Sequence record: ON529860.1
Reading direction: 5' to 3' (one strand)
Length of the DNA stretch: 64,000 nt
The number at the start of each line of letters is the position of its first letter. The first letter of the stretch is position 1. A program made the position numbers and the translations under genes. Of the stretch, positions 51,867 through 60,921 are shown in pieces. The notes below the pieces were generated by a model, which was not told the origin of the DNA, made no database searches, and worked only from the letters and a program-made list of their open reading frames with translations.

Positions 51867-52435
51867 GGCAGGCCTCGCCGCAGACGCCCGACACCGAGTT
51901 CGACCGCCGCCTTGGCCTCGCGCAGCGAGGGCGCTTCCCCCTCGGCGAGCGGCGGACCGCCGGGCGCGGCCGGGTTGTCGATCAACCAGGCGTAGGTCTT
52001 GCCGTCCCAGAGCCCCGAAGGCCCGATCGAGACCCGGCCCAGACGCGGCGCCTCGCGGGTGTTGCGCGGCTCGTCGAGGTCGATCACGGGGGTGTTGGAC
52101 CACAGGCCGTGACAGCGATGACCGCGCTCCCAGTGCGCGCCGCGCATCAGGTCCTTGCGCGCCTGGCGTGCGACGCGCTCCAGGACGCGCCCTTCTTCAG
52201 CGAGGATTTCCCGGCGCCCGAGGCGGGTCAGAATATAGGCCGGCTCACCGGGCGCGAGGCGTGCGTTCCGGCCCTGCCAGACGATGAAGCCCGCCCGTTC
52301 CGCCGCGCTCAGGGTCGCCCCGCGCCCGACGGTGCGAGACTGCGACCCCCGCCCGTTCACCAGCGGGACCCAGGACGGATCGTTCCCGGATTCCAGCAGC
52401 TTGAGGACGTGCATGATTTCGGCGGAAACGCTCAA
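51854..52435 (-). CDS. hypothetical protein, N-terminal wHTH-like
   Basis: TLSAAERAGFI...YILTRLGR. Confidence 0.7.
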   Translation of the reverse strand: MSVSAEIMHVLKLLESGNDPSWVPLVNGRGSQSRTVGRGATLSAAERAGFIVWQGRNARLAPGEPAYILTRLGRREILAEEGRVLERVARQARKDLMRGAHWERGHRCHGLWSNTPVIDLDEPRNTREAPRLGRVSIGPSGLWDGKTYAWLIDNPAAPGGPPLAEGEAPSLREAKAAVELGVGRLRRGLPCTT

Positions 52436-53034
52436 GACGCGAGGCTTTCAGCTTCGCGTTCCAGACCCTCGGCGCGGGCGATCACGGCAGCGCGCGCCTC
52501 GCCGTCCAGAACCCTCGCGGTGTCGCGCATCTCCTGCGCGGCGCGGCGCAGGCCGGCGATCTCCAGGTCCAGGCCGTTGGACGGTTTGTCGATGACGATC
52601 ACGCGGACCTTGTCGGCGCGGGCGCGATCGCTGGACTGCTTCTTGGGCTTGATCCGGTTTGCGATCGGTTTGTAGCCGCCACTCTGGCCCTCGATCGGTC
52701 CATAGGTATGGTCGAGCGTGAACCAGCCCGGCTGCGTGGCGCTCGGGCGGCGAATCTGGCGCGCCTGGATGGGGAACTCCGGCGCGGCGATTCTCACCCA
52801 GCGCTCTTCGTCGAAGGGGATGAAGGGTTCGAACGTCTTGGGACCGCCCATGTCGGGGCTGTCGCGGCCGATCTTGACCCCGTCCATGGCGAAGAGCACG
52901 AGGTCCATAAAGACCGCGTCGCCGGAGAAGTAGGCCTGACGCACGCGGCCGACGCGCACGGCGCCGAGGCCATCGCGCCTTTCAGCCACCCAGTCGCCCT
53001 GCGCGATAGGGAGAACCCGTTCTGCTTCGGTCAC
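52432..53034 (-). CDS. hypothetical protein
   Basis: start moved to GTG of MTEAERVL; GRDSP..GGPK.FEP motif. Confidence 0.7.
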   Translation of the reverse strand: MTEAERVLPIAQGDWVAERRDGLGAVRVGRVRQAYFSGDAVFMDLVLFAMDGVKIGRDSPDMGGPKTFEPFIPFDEERWVRIAAPEFPIQARQIRRPSATQPGWFTLDHTYGPIEGQSGGYKPIANRIKPKKQSSDRARADKVRVIVIDKPSNGLDLEIAGLRRAAQEMRDTARVLDGEARAAVIARAEGLEREAESLAS

Positions 53035-53276
53035 GCGGCGGCCTCCAGTTCTTCTTCCAGGGACGCCAGCGCCAGGAAATGGGTTTGACGATAGGTGCGC
53101 CACACGTCGCCGGGGCGCTTGATCCACCACATCCGTTCCAGTCCGTCGCGTCGGACCTCCACGCCCAGCTTGGCGGCGGCGGCCTCCACCTGCGCACGGG
53201 TGACGCGCGGCGCGCCCGGCGGGTTGAGCGGCGGCGGCTTGGCCTGATCCTGGCCCATGGTGTGGCGGGTGCGCAT
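53031..53276 (-). CDS. hypothetical protein (81 aa)
   Basis: stop/start abutment. Confidence 0.65.
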   Translation of the reverse strand: MRTRHTMGQDQAKPPPLNPPGAPRVTRAQVEAAAAKLGVEVRRDGLERMWWIKRPGDVWRTYRQTHFLALASLEEELEAAA

Positions 53277-53623
53277 CAGAGGCTGTCGATCCCGATGGTG
53301 AACGCCTGGCCGTCGACCGTGACGAGGTTGATCGCCATGACGGTGACGGTTTCGACTTCGAACTCGGGGTTGACCACCGGCAGGGTGATGCCGGCGTCGG
53401 ACAGGGCGCGCACGATGCGGCCCATCAGGTCGGCTTCGTTCTCGACCTCAGCGAGGTCATGCAGGGTATGGGCCATGGCAGGCTCTCCATAAAAGCGATG
53501 ATGGGCGGCGATGTAGGTGTCGGCGAGGGCGAGCCGCGCCGCCTGTTCGTCGGGCGGCAGGCGGTCAAACTCCTGCGCCAGGTCCTCGTCAGTGGGTAGG
53601 GTGGTGACGTAGCTGTCGGTCAT
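53276..53623 (-). CDS. hypothetical acidic protein
   Basis: start moved to MTDSYVTT. Confidence 0.7.
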   Translation of the reverse strand: MTDSYVTTLPTDEDLAQEFDRLPPDEQAARLALADTYIAAHHRFYGEPAMAHTLHDLAEVENEADLMGRIVRALSDAGITLPVVNPEFEVETVTVMAINLVTVDGQAFTIGIDSL

Positions 53624-53937
53624 CAGTCGAACCCGTCGTCGAGGCCTTGAGCCGCGCACAGGGCGCTGTGCTCATCCATTTCGCGATCCCCTTCGGCGAC
53701 GAAACGTCGACGGGTCTCTTCGTCCAGACCGGCGAAGACGCCGACGCGGAACAGGCCGTAGCGGGGGTCCGCCAGGACGGCGGGGTCCGGTTCGGGGATG
53801 CCCTTGAGGATGTCCGAGATCGGCCGCTCATGACCGAAGCGGACGTCGAAGATCATTTCTTCGGGCGTGTCGTCCGTCGTCAGCGGCTCGCAGGCGGACC
53901 ACTGGGCGTCACAGGCGATTTCATCCGCAGGGTGCAT
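53623..53937 (-). CDS. hypothetical acidic protein (104 aa)
   Basis: first gene after promoter 53968-53993. Confidence 0.75.
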   Translation of the reverse strand: MHPADEIACDAQWSACEPLTTDDTPEEMIFDVRFGHERPISDILKGIPEPDPAVLADPRYGLFRVGVFAGLDEETRRRFVAEGDREMDEHSALCAAQGLDDGFD

Positions 53938-53967
53938 TCCATCTCTCCGTCGTTGTCTTGAGCGGTT

Positions 53968-53993
53968 GTAAAGGAATGTTCTGAGGCTGTCAA
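53968..53993 (-). promoter_or_regulatory. conserved phage promoter copy 15
   Basis: GTAAAGGAATGTTCTGAGGCTGTCAA. Confidence 0.8.
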
Positions 53994-54439
53994 TCGCCTT
54001 CGTCTTCGAGCGCGGCGGCGCCGGCCTCCAGGGCGACGATCACCTCTTCGGCCGTGCGATCCTTGCGGTTGTTCCAGGCGTTGGCGTGTTGCGGCAGGTC
54101 CATGATCCGGGTCGCTTCGGACATCATGGCGAAACCGTAGGAGTCGGCATCGGTCCAATCGCCGTTCCAATGGGATAGGCTTGCCTGGGGATGGAACAGG
54201 TCCAGATCGACGCCGGCGCGCACCAGGGCGCCCATGATGCAGAAGCAGGCTGCCTCGGGAGCCTCGATGTTGCACACGCGGCCGCCCTGGTCATGCGGTC
54301 CGGTGGCCGCGAACACCTCGCGGGTGTGTCCCTTGGTGCGGATCAGATCGGCGGCGGCCCGGTAGACGGCGGGATTGCGCACCGCCGTCTCGACCTCTTG
54401 AAGCACCTGGCTGTAGCGGGCGTCGCGTTCCGGCGTCAT
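53990..54439 (-). CDS. DUF6197-like phage protein
   Basis: AADLIRTKGHT..., CFCIMGAL, WNN..DRTAEEVIVAL; start moved to MTPERDAR. Confidence 0.7.
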   Translation of the reverse strand: MTPERDARYSQVLQEVETAVRNPAVYRAAADLIRTKGHTREVFAATGPHDQGGRVCNIEAPEAACFCIMGALVRAGVDLDLFHPQASLSHWNGDWTDADSYGFAMMSEATRIMDLPQHANAWNNRKDRTAEEVIVALEAGAAALEDEGD

Positions 54440-54828
54440 CAGGCGGCGTCCTGTGCGACGCGGCACGCGTCGAGCGATTGGATGAGGAAGTCGAGGTCCT
54501 GCCCCTCGATCCAGGACGCCGAATCGGACAGGCAGATGTCGCCGACCATGCGCACGATCTCCGACAGGCAGGTGATCGAGCCTACGGGCGCCATGTCCGG
54601 CATGACGTCGTAGACGTCGGTCATGCCCTTTGCGCGGTTCGCGATGGCCGCGCGATATTTCTCGCTCCGCTGCACGGCCCTCTGGGCGTCGGCGATCAGA
54701 TCATAGACCGGTCGGGCGTAGATCGTCGGCATCGGTTTCACCGCCGCGCTCATGCGGCGCAGCGCGTTCAGGCTGGCGCGCCCGCGCGCCTCGTTGGCGA
54801 TCTCGGTCTCGGTCTTTTCGCGGGGCAT
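54439..54828 (-). CDS. hypothetical protein
   Basis: start moved to MPREKTET (SD GAGGAG after promoter 54861-54885). Confidence 0.7.
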   Translation of the reverse strand: MPREKTETEIANEARGRASLNALRRMSAAVKPMPTIYARPVYDLIADAQRAVQRSEKYRAAIANRAKGMTDVYDVMPDMAPVGSITCLSEIVRMVGDICLSDSASWIEGQDLDFLIQSLDACRVAQDAA

Positions 54829-54860
54829 CGGGCTCTCCTCTCGTCGGTGTCGGGAGGGTT

Positions 54861-54885
54861 GTAAAGGAATGCTGCGCGGTGTCAA
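54861..54885 (-). promoter_or_regulatory. conserved phage promoter copy 16
   Basis: GTAAAGGAATGCTGCGCGGTGTCAA (one base shorter). Confidence 0.8.
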
Positions 54886-55709
54886 CCCATCGCGTCGCCG
54901 TAGTCGCGTTCAATCGGGTCCGCGCCCGCCATGATGAACTCGGTGCGGTTGACGATGCGCTGGAGCGGCGGGACCGACAGTCGGGTCATGGAGGAGCGAA
55001 CCACCGACGTGTCCTCAAGTCGCGCCGGGCGCATGGCGGCGGGAATGCGGGCGGCCTCGGCCGGCGTCAGGGGCCGCTCGACCGTCTCCTTGCGCACGAA
55101 CGTCCCCAGGCGGAACGCCTCGGGGTAGTCGGCGAACACCACGCCCTTCCCGGCGATCATGTCGATCATCGCCTGGCGCCCCTTGCCATGCATCTGACTC
55201 GGCGAGTATTGCGCCCGGCACGCCATGGAGGCGGCGTTCTTCTGGCAGTCGAGGTTGCGCCACAGGAACATGTTGGCGGCTTCCCAAGGATGAGGAAGCT
55301 GACAGACGCGCGCGTCGAACGCCGGCAGGCGATCGTTGAAGGGCTCCCAGAAGCGGATGGCGTGCGCCATGCGCGCGGCCGCCATCGACGCCAACACCGA
55401 GGTCATCTTGACGATCTTGCCGGAGAAGAAGATGTCGCTCTCGTAGTCGGGCGCCTCCCACACCAGGCTGATCTCGTCAGACTGAACGTAACCGATCTTG
55501 GCGTGGGTCTTGTCGACCAGATACTCCGCCACCACGATCATCGCCTCGGTCATGCGCGGATCAAACGGCCGCTCCATGCCCTTGGTGAACTTGGAGAAGC
55601 CTCGGCCGTCGATGCGGGCGTAGACTGGCAGGGACGGGAAGAAGCGGCGCGCGGTCTCGCGGCGCTCATAGTCCTTCATCCGGTCGCCGAGTTCGTCCTT
55701 TGTCGTCAT
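54882..55709 (-). CDS. tRNA(His) guanylyltransferase Thg1 / Thg1-like 3'-5' polymerase
   Basis: RMKDYE, RIDGRGFSKFT, PFD, YVQSDEIS, FFSG...KM.S..AS, PAFDAR, WR..DC.KN. Confidence 0.9.
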   Translation of the reverse strand: MTTKDELGDRMKDYERRETARRFFPSLPVYARIDGRGFSKFTKGMERPFDPRMTEAMIVVAEYLVDKTHAKIGYVQSDEISLVWEAPDYESDIFFSGKIVKMTSVLASMAAARMAHAIRFWEPFNDRLPAFDARVCQLPHPWEAANMFLWRNLDCQKNAASMACRAQYSPSQMHGKGRQAMIDMIAGKGVVFADYPEAFRLGTFVRKETVERPLTPAEAARIPAAMRPARLEDTSVVRSSMTRLSVPPLQRIVNRTEFIMAGADPIERDYGDAMG

Positions 55710-56176
55710 GGGAATCGTTTCCTCCGCGCTGCGGCGACGATGGGATCGGGCTTCTTTGCGACCACCGCTCGGGGTGATCGCTCGCTGGCCTTCGGCTGCG
55801 CTCGCGCCCGGCTGCCGCCGGCCTGTCCTTCGGACGCCGAGGCGCCCGCTTCGGCCGCTGCGCCCTTCTTGGACGTCTCGGCCTTCTTGCGCTCCGCCAT
55901 CTGGGCCATCACGGCTGGATCGGGCGGGGCGATCTCGTATTTGATCGGCGCCAGCTTGTCCCAGCCGAGCGTCTTTTCGTTCTCCATGGCGGCGCGCCCC
56001 GCGTCCTCCAGGCTCAACAGCCGCCCGACCTTCTTGGTCCGGCCCGATTCGGTCGGCAGGTGGACCTCGTAGAGGACGCGCCCGGTCTTGGTCTCGACCT
56101 TGCCGGTCTGGACCAGATGCATGATGACCATGCCGGCCTTGTTGGCGTAGGGGCAGCTATGCAGAGGCGCGCTCAA
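55706..56176 (-). CDS. hypothetical protein with basic low-complexity tail
   Basis: TTGA overlap. Confidence 0.65.
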   Translation of the reverse strand: MSAPLHSCPYANKAGMVIMHLVQTGKVETKTGRVLYEVHLPTESGRTKKVGRLLSLEDAGRAAMENEKTLGWDKLAPIKYEIAPPDPAVMAQMAERKKAETSKKGAAAEAGASASEGQAGGSRARAQPKASERSPRAVVAKKPDPIVAAARRKRFP

Positions 56177-56394
56177 GGCAGACCCTTCCAGAACGGCACG
56201 AAATGGAGGGTGACAGCGCTGACGTCGCCCAACCGCATGTAGAAGGGGAATCCTCTGTGGTCGTCGGCGGTGAGATTGGTCAGGGCGCCCGTCTCGGTGT
56301 TGTAGGTCCGGGTAACGCCGCGCGCGAAGAATCGCAGCACCTTACCGCTCTTGAGGTGCACGCGCACCTCCTGCTTGACGAAGGGATTCCGCAT
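56173..56394 (-). CDS. hypothetical protein (73 aa)
   Basis: stop/start abutment; beta-rich. Confidence 0.7.
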   Translation of the reverse strand: MRNPFVKQEVRVHLKSGKVLRFFARGVTRTYNTETGALTNLTADDHRGFPFYMRLGDVSAVTLHFVPFWKGLP

Positions 56395-57038
56395 CAGCGG
56401 GTGTTCCTCATGATGCGGGTGGCGCGGACCCAGGGGATGTAGTGCTCAATCAGGAACTCGGCGGCCTTGGCCTCGACGTCGCCGTAGCTTTCAGGCCAGT
56501 GGATCGGCCAGATGTCGCCCTTCTGGGTCGTGACGGAGGTCTCGACGAACAGCAGGTTGGTCCACCAGGAATGGTTCCCGTGGAACTCGGCCTTGAAGCC
56601 CCCACGGTCGGTCCAGGCGTAGATGGCGCCCTTGCCGATGTCCAGTTCGTAGAGGGTGGGGATGTGGGTGGTCGGCTTGAAGTCAGCGGCCTGCAACACC
56701 TCGACCACCGTTCCGACGGCCGGTCGCGGGTCACGAAGGCGCTCGATCAGCGCGATCAGCATCTCCATGCGCGAGCAGTAGATGATCTCGCTCTGGGGAG
56801 AGATATGCGCCCAGAGTTTGCGGAACTCGGGATCGGCGATGTAGTCGTGCGTGTCGTCCTTGGGCCAGGCCTGATAGGCCGCCATCTTGTCCGGCGTCAT
56901 CGGCAGCGTCAGGCTGCCGTGGGCGACGTCGTCGCGGCGGTCCGCCAGCCACCAACGGCAGCCGTCAGGCTGGAACCCTTCGCGGACGTCCGATGTCGAG
57001 CCCTTGATCGGGACGGTGCGAAATTGAATCGGTTCCAT
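56394..57038 (-). CDS. hypothetical protein
   Basis: start moved to MEPIQFRT (SD GGAGG after promoter 57066-57091). Confidence 0.75.
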   Translation of the reverse strand: MEPIQFRTVPIKGSTSDVREGFQPDGCRWWLADRRDDVAHGSLTLPMTPDKMAAYQAWPKDDTHDYIADPEFRKLWAHISPQSEIIYCSRMEMLIALIERLRDPRPAVGTVVEVLQAADFKPTTHIPTLYELDIGKGAIYAWTDRGGFKAEFHGNHSWWTNLLFVETSVTTQKGDIWPIHWPESYGDVEAKAAEFLIEHYIPWVRATRIMRNTR

Positions 57039-57065
57039 GGGGTCCTCCGTTGCGTCAGAGGTTGC

Positions 57066-57091
57066 GTAAAGGAACGATCCGCGAATGTCAA
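57066..57091 (-). promoter_or_regulatory. conserved phage promoter copy 17
   Basis: GTAAAGGAACGATCCGCGAATGTCAA. Confidence 0.8.
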
Positions 57092-57099
57092 CTATCCTG

Positions 57100-57411
57100 T
57101 CAGCCGCATCCGCCGCAAATACCCCCGCCGATCGGCCCGCGCCCGAAGCAGGAAGTGCAGACCTCGGGACCAGCGACGCGCACCAAGCGCGCCGCCTCCT
57201 CAAAGGCCTTCGCCAGGGTCTCGCGTCGCGCCTGCGAAGCCGGAAGCCAGAAGGTGACGGCCGAGCGATCGTCGTCCATGGGCGGATGGTGAAGCTGCCC
57301 TGACGAATGCAGCATGAACATGACGGCGCTGTAGGTCTCCCCGTCCTCGCCGTCCTTGGTCGTCAGGTTCACCTCGTCGGTGAGTTCCTGGCTATAGACG
57401 TTGACCCGCAT
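57100..57411 (-). CDS. hypothetical protein with C-terminal Cys cluster
   Basis: start moved to MRVNVYSQE; CTSCFGRG..CGGCG. Confidence 0.75.
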   Translation of the reverse strand: MRVNVYSQELTDEVNLTTKDGEDGETYSAVMFMLHSSGQLHHPPMDDDRSAVTFWLPASQARRETLAKAFEEAARLVRVAGPEVCTSCFGRGPIGGGICGGCG

Positions 57412-57668
57412 CAGGAGGCCTTGCCAGCCCGTGCGTCGTGCTTCGCCTTGCGGTCCTCCTCGCGCTTCCACACGGCGGCGGACATGCGCAGCAGGCGCGC
57501 CTCTTCCAGGAGCGGTTCAGCAGGATGGTGGTCGCCGGTCCACATGCAATGCTCCAGGTTCTTGGCCTGGGCTTCGGCGGCCTCGGCCTTCTTGATCAAC
57601 TGCGCGCTCATCGGCAGACGGGAGGTGGCGAGCATGTCGGCCAGCCAGTCGGGCGGGGCGGTGTCCAT
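57411..57668 (-). CDS. hypothetical protein (85 aa)
   Basis: packed run. Confidence 0.65.
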   Translation of the reverse strand: MDTAPPDWLADMLATSRLPMSAQLIKKAEAAEAQAKNLEHCMWTGDHHPAEPLLEEARLLRMSAAVWKREEDRKAKHDARAGKAS

Positions 57669-57669
57669 C

Positions 57670-58065
57670 TCAGAATTCCCGAAAGCTGTAATGATACTCC
57701 AGGCTCGTCTCTTTGTAGTCCATCGACCCCGCCGAAGCGATGTCGACCAGACGACGCGTATGGGGCCACACGCGGCGCGACGACAGGTTGAAGCCAGGGT
57801 ATTCGCCCTTGATCAGCGGATGCAAGTGCGCGGCGACCGCGACGTCATCGGACGACACATAGCATCCGGCCCAGTTTTCGATCAGGTGTTTGGTGGCCTG
57901 ATGGCGCCGATTTCTGTTCTCTCGGACCAGTTGCGCATCCAGCCACTGGAAGGCGATCAGCACGGGGTCGACTTGATCGGCCGGCAGGTTAAGCGCGACA
58001 CGCGCCGCGATGACCTGCTCGGGGGACGGGGGTGTATGGGGCCGCAGGGTTTCGATGGTCTTCAT
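57670..58065 (-). CDS. hypothetical protein (131 aa)
   Basis: KHLIENWAGCYVS..DV.VAAHLH motif. Confidence 0.7.
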   Translation of the reverse strand: MKTIETLRPHTPPSPEQVIAARVALNLPADQVDPVLIAFQWLDAQLVRENRNRRHQATKHLIENWAGCYVSSDDVAVAAHLHPLIKGEYPGFNLSSRRVWPHTRRLVDIASAGSMDYKETSLEYHYSFREF

Positions 58066-58068
58066 GGG

Positions 58069-58275
58069 TCAGTCTTTCGGAGGAGGTGAATAATCAGGCC
58101 CGCGTTCGATCACGTCGGGGTCGGGGTCGCCGGGCTTCCAGTCGGACGGCACCAGAGTCATAGGCCCTTGCGGGTAGGCCTTGCCGCACTTCTCCTCTCG
58201 CGTCCCGTAGCGGGCGATGAAGGCTGCCTGGCGCAGGGCCTCCAGAATTTGCTCCGGCGTGCCCAGCAGGCTCAC
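58069..58275 (-). CDS. hypothetical protein (68 aa)
   Basis: GTGA overlap. Confidence 0.65.
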   Translation of the reverse strand: MSLLGTPEQILEALRQAAFIARYGTREEKCGKAYPQGPMTLVPSDWKPGDPDPDVIERGPDYSPPPKD

Positions 58276-58616
58276 GACAACAGGCTCTCGTCGAAGGTGG
58301 GCCAGGTCAGCACCGGCTCGATCACGGCCGCCTTGCCGTTCTTGAAATAGTGGCGGCTCTCGTAGGTCATGTCGTACTCGACCGTCGCCTCGACCACGAT
58401 CAGCACCTTGGGATGCTTGAGCGAGAAGACCTTCATGTCTTCGTCAAACTCCCACTCGCTGCCGGCGCCGATCGGCTTACCGTCCTCGTCGATGAAGTGC
58501 TTCGCGTCGGGAACCTGCTTGCGCAGGCTGTAGATGAAGTAATCGAGATCGAAGCTTTCGAGGTCGCTCGGCGACACCATCGGCTTCAGGGTATAGCTGG
58601 CGGATTCCACGCCCAT
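58272..58616 (-). CDS. hypothetical acidic protein (114 aa)
   Basis: MKVFSLKHPKVL..V..T.E.D....R.YFKNGK motif; SD AAGGA. Confidence 0.75.
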   Translation of the reverse strand: MGVESASYTLKPMVSPSDLESFDLDYFIYSLRKQVPDAKHFIDEDGKPIGAGSEWEFDEDMKVFSLKHPKVLIVVEATVEYDMTYESRHYFKNGKAAVIEPVLTWPTFDESLLS

Positions 58617-58639
58617 GGGTCAGTCCTTTACTTGAGGCG

Positions 58640-59794
58640 TCAGCCGCCTGGCGCCTGGCGCACGCCGTCGAGCGCCTTCAACATGTCTTCACGGGTCGCG
58701 GTGTAGTCGCTCAAGGCCCAGGTCAGGCGCGCCGCCATCAAACCGGCGCCGATTTCCTTGGGCTTGAACCCCTTCGCGACGAAATCATCCCCATTGATGG
58801 GCAGCGTCGGAACCGTCCAGGAAGAGACTTCGGCGAAGACTTCGGGGACCCCGGTTGCTCGCGCCCAAGCCTCGGCATAGGCGGGCGAGGCTTTTTCGCA
58901 TGCCAGGAGGTATTTCAGGTTCTTCAGGGACGGCGGGATATACTGGCGGTTCTCCAGGAATTTCGCCAGAGCCGTCTCGGGATTCGACCAGCGCCAGCGC
59001 TTGGCGATCGGCGGCCAGTTCTTGGCGAGCGCGCTCATCAGGACCACAGGATCGCGGGTGTGGGCATGCGCGATGTCCATGCGTTCCGGCAGGACTTCTC
59101 CGGAGACCTCCAGATGTTCCAGCAGCCCCAGGCGGCGCATCTCGCGCACCATGCGCGGCCCGCTGTCGTGGGCCACCACCTTCTTCATCTCGACCCAGAT
59201 GCGTTCGCCGGAAATGCCGCGCAAGCCGTGACCGAACAGGGCGCAGGCCGCCGCCGCCGCCGGGTCTAGGGGACCTCGCCCGTAACGCCCCTGGAAGCGG
59301 AAGAAGCGCAGGATGCGCAGATGGTCTTCCTCAATCCGCTCGGAGGCGTCGCCGACGAAGCGGACCACGCCGGCGTCCAGATCGTCCGCGCCCCCGTAGG
59401 GGTCGATCAGGACGCCTTGGAAGGTCATCGCCATGGCGTTGATCGTCAGATCGCGTCGCGCCAGGTCCTCATGCAGATCGCGGGTGAAGGCGACCGTGGC
59501 GTGGCGGCCGTCGTGCTCCGATTCCGTGCGCAGGGTGGTGATCTCATAGGGCTCCGCGCCGATCACGACCGTCAAGGTGCCGAACTCGATCCCCGTCGGA
59601 TAGCAGACCAGGCCCAGGGCCTCATAGAGGGCCTGCTGCTCGTCGGGCGTGGCGTCCGTGCACAGGTCGACATCCTTGTGGGCTTCGCCCCGCAAGGCGT
59701 CACGCACGCAGCCGCCGACGAACCACAGACTGAAGCCGCGCTCCTGGTAGGCGCGTTCGACCGCCGCCAGTTCTGGGGTGACCGGCATACGCAT
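58640..59794 (-). CDS. cca: CCA-adding tRNA nucleotidyltransferase (class II, no HD domain)
   Basis: VGGCVRD, DVDL, GIEFGT, EITTLR, DLARRDLTINAMA, DPYGG..DL, RIEEDHLRILR..RF. Confidence 0.9.
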   Translation of the reverse strand: MRMPVTPELAAVERAYQERGFSLWFVGGCVRDALRGEAHKDVDLCTDATPDEQQALYEALGLVCYPTGIEFGTLTVVIGAEPYEITTLRTESEHDGRHATVAFTRDLHEDLARRDLTINAMAMTFQGVLIDPYGGADDLDAGVVRFVGDASERIEEDHLRILRFFRFQGRYGRGPLDPAAAAACALFGHGLRGISGERIWVEMKKVVAHDSGPRMVREMRRLGLLEHLEVSGEVLPERMDIAHAHTRDPVVLMSALAKNWPPIAKRWRWSNPETALAKFLENRQYIPPSLKNLKYLLACEKASPAYAEAWARATGVPEVFAEVSSWTVPTLPINGDDFVAKGFKPKEIGAGLMAARLTWALSDYTATREDMLKALDGVRQAPGG

Positions 59795-60325
59795 CTATTC
59801 GATCTCCAGGTCGGCTTCGGTCCAGCCGAATTCCCGCAACAGACTGGCGCGAAGCGCGCCGCCAGTGGAGCGGATGCGCTTCACCTGTTCTTCCCGATAA
59901 AGCCTGGCCTTCTCCAGCACCGCCGCCACGTCTGCGGCGCGGCCGCCGGCGGTGTCATAGAGGCGCAAGGCCCGCTGGAAATCGTTGAGGTGCACGGCGT
60001 TCTCGATCACCGTGAGGTCTTCGGGGCGAACGGGATAGCCGTCGATCTCCAGTATGGCGCCTTCGTCTTTGGCGTAGGCGACGACGCCCTGGAGAGCGCC
60101 CGAGCGAGCGTACTTGCCCACCAGGCAGTCCGCATCGGTGTAGTCGTCGACGCTACGCCACCGGCCCGACCAGGTCAGAGGATCGCCCCGCTCCAACACG
60201 CGCCACTCGCGGGTCGAACGGCGCAGCGAGGTCGAATAGGAGCCGTAGCGGGCGGGGATGCGCGGCCCCGGCACGACGTCGTCGCGTTGGTGTTCGGGCA
60301 GCAGAGGCAGATCGGACTGGCTCAC
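59795..60325 (-). CDS. hypothetical protein (176 aa)
   Basis: GTGA overlap. Confidence 0.7.
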   Translation of the reverse strand: MSQSDLPLLPEHQRDDVVPGPRIPARYGSYSTSLRRSTREWRVLERGDPLTWSGRWRSVDDYTDADCLVGKYARSGALQGVVAYAKDEGAILEIDGYPVRPEDLTVIENAVHLNDFQRALRLYDTAGGRAADVAAVLEKARLYREEQVKRIRSTGGALRASLLREFGWTEADLEIE

Positions 60326-60921
60326 AGGGTCACCGGGGTCTTGATGATGCGCAGACCGTGCGCGGCGGCGTAGGCGCGGTAGCGGTCGGTCTTTGTGGTG
60401 TATCGCCCGAACGCCCGGTCATAGTTCATCTGCTGGATCACCGCCGCATGACGTCTGATCTGGAACGACCACCGTTTCGTCAGCGCCAGCTTTTCGTTGA
60501 GCGTCAACCGCGACACATCCACGTCCGGTTCGAAGCTGAGCGCGTATTGCGTGGCGTGCACGGCGGCCGTGTAGGGATCGGCGCTGAAGCAGACGACGTC
60601 GCGTCCCTTCAGGGTCACGTAGATCGTGCGCGCGCCGTCCTGGAAGGTGAAGGTGTAGATCACCCCTGGCGCAGCCGTGCGCCGGATCAGAGTCAGGCCT
60701 TCAGCGGTCTCACCCTTGCGCAGCTTGCTGCTCAGGCGCCGGATCGCCTTCAGACGGTCTTCACCGAACTGACGCGCGAAACCGTCGGACGGGTCCTTGA
60801 CTTCGTCTTCACGGATGATGCGCTCGGTACCGCGCCGGGTGTATTTGTCCAGCACCACGGGCGCCTTCGGCTCGGCGGGCGGCGTGCGCTTGGTGTTCCA
60901 TTGTACGGTGGCGACGGTCAC
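60322..60921 (-). CDS. hypothetical basic protein (199 aa)
   Basis: GTGA overlap. Confidence 0.7.
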   Translation of the reverse strand: MTVATVQWNTKRTPPAEPKAPVVLDKYTRRGTERIIREDEVKDPSDGFARQFGEDRLKAIRRLSSKLRKGETAEGLTLIRRTAAPGVIYTFTFQDGARTIYVTLKGRDVVCFSADPYTAAVHATQYALSFEPDVDVSRLTLNEKLALTKRWSFQIRRHAAVIQQMNYDRAFGRYTTKTDRYRAYAAAHGLRIIKTPVTL

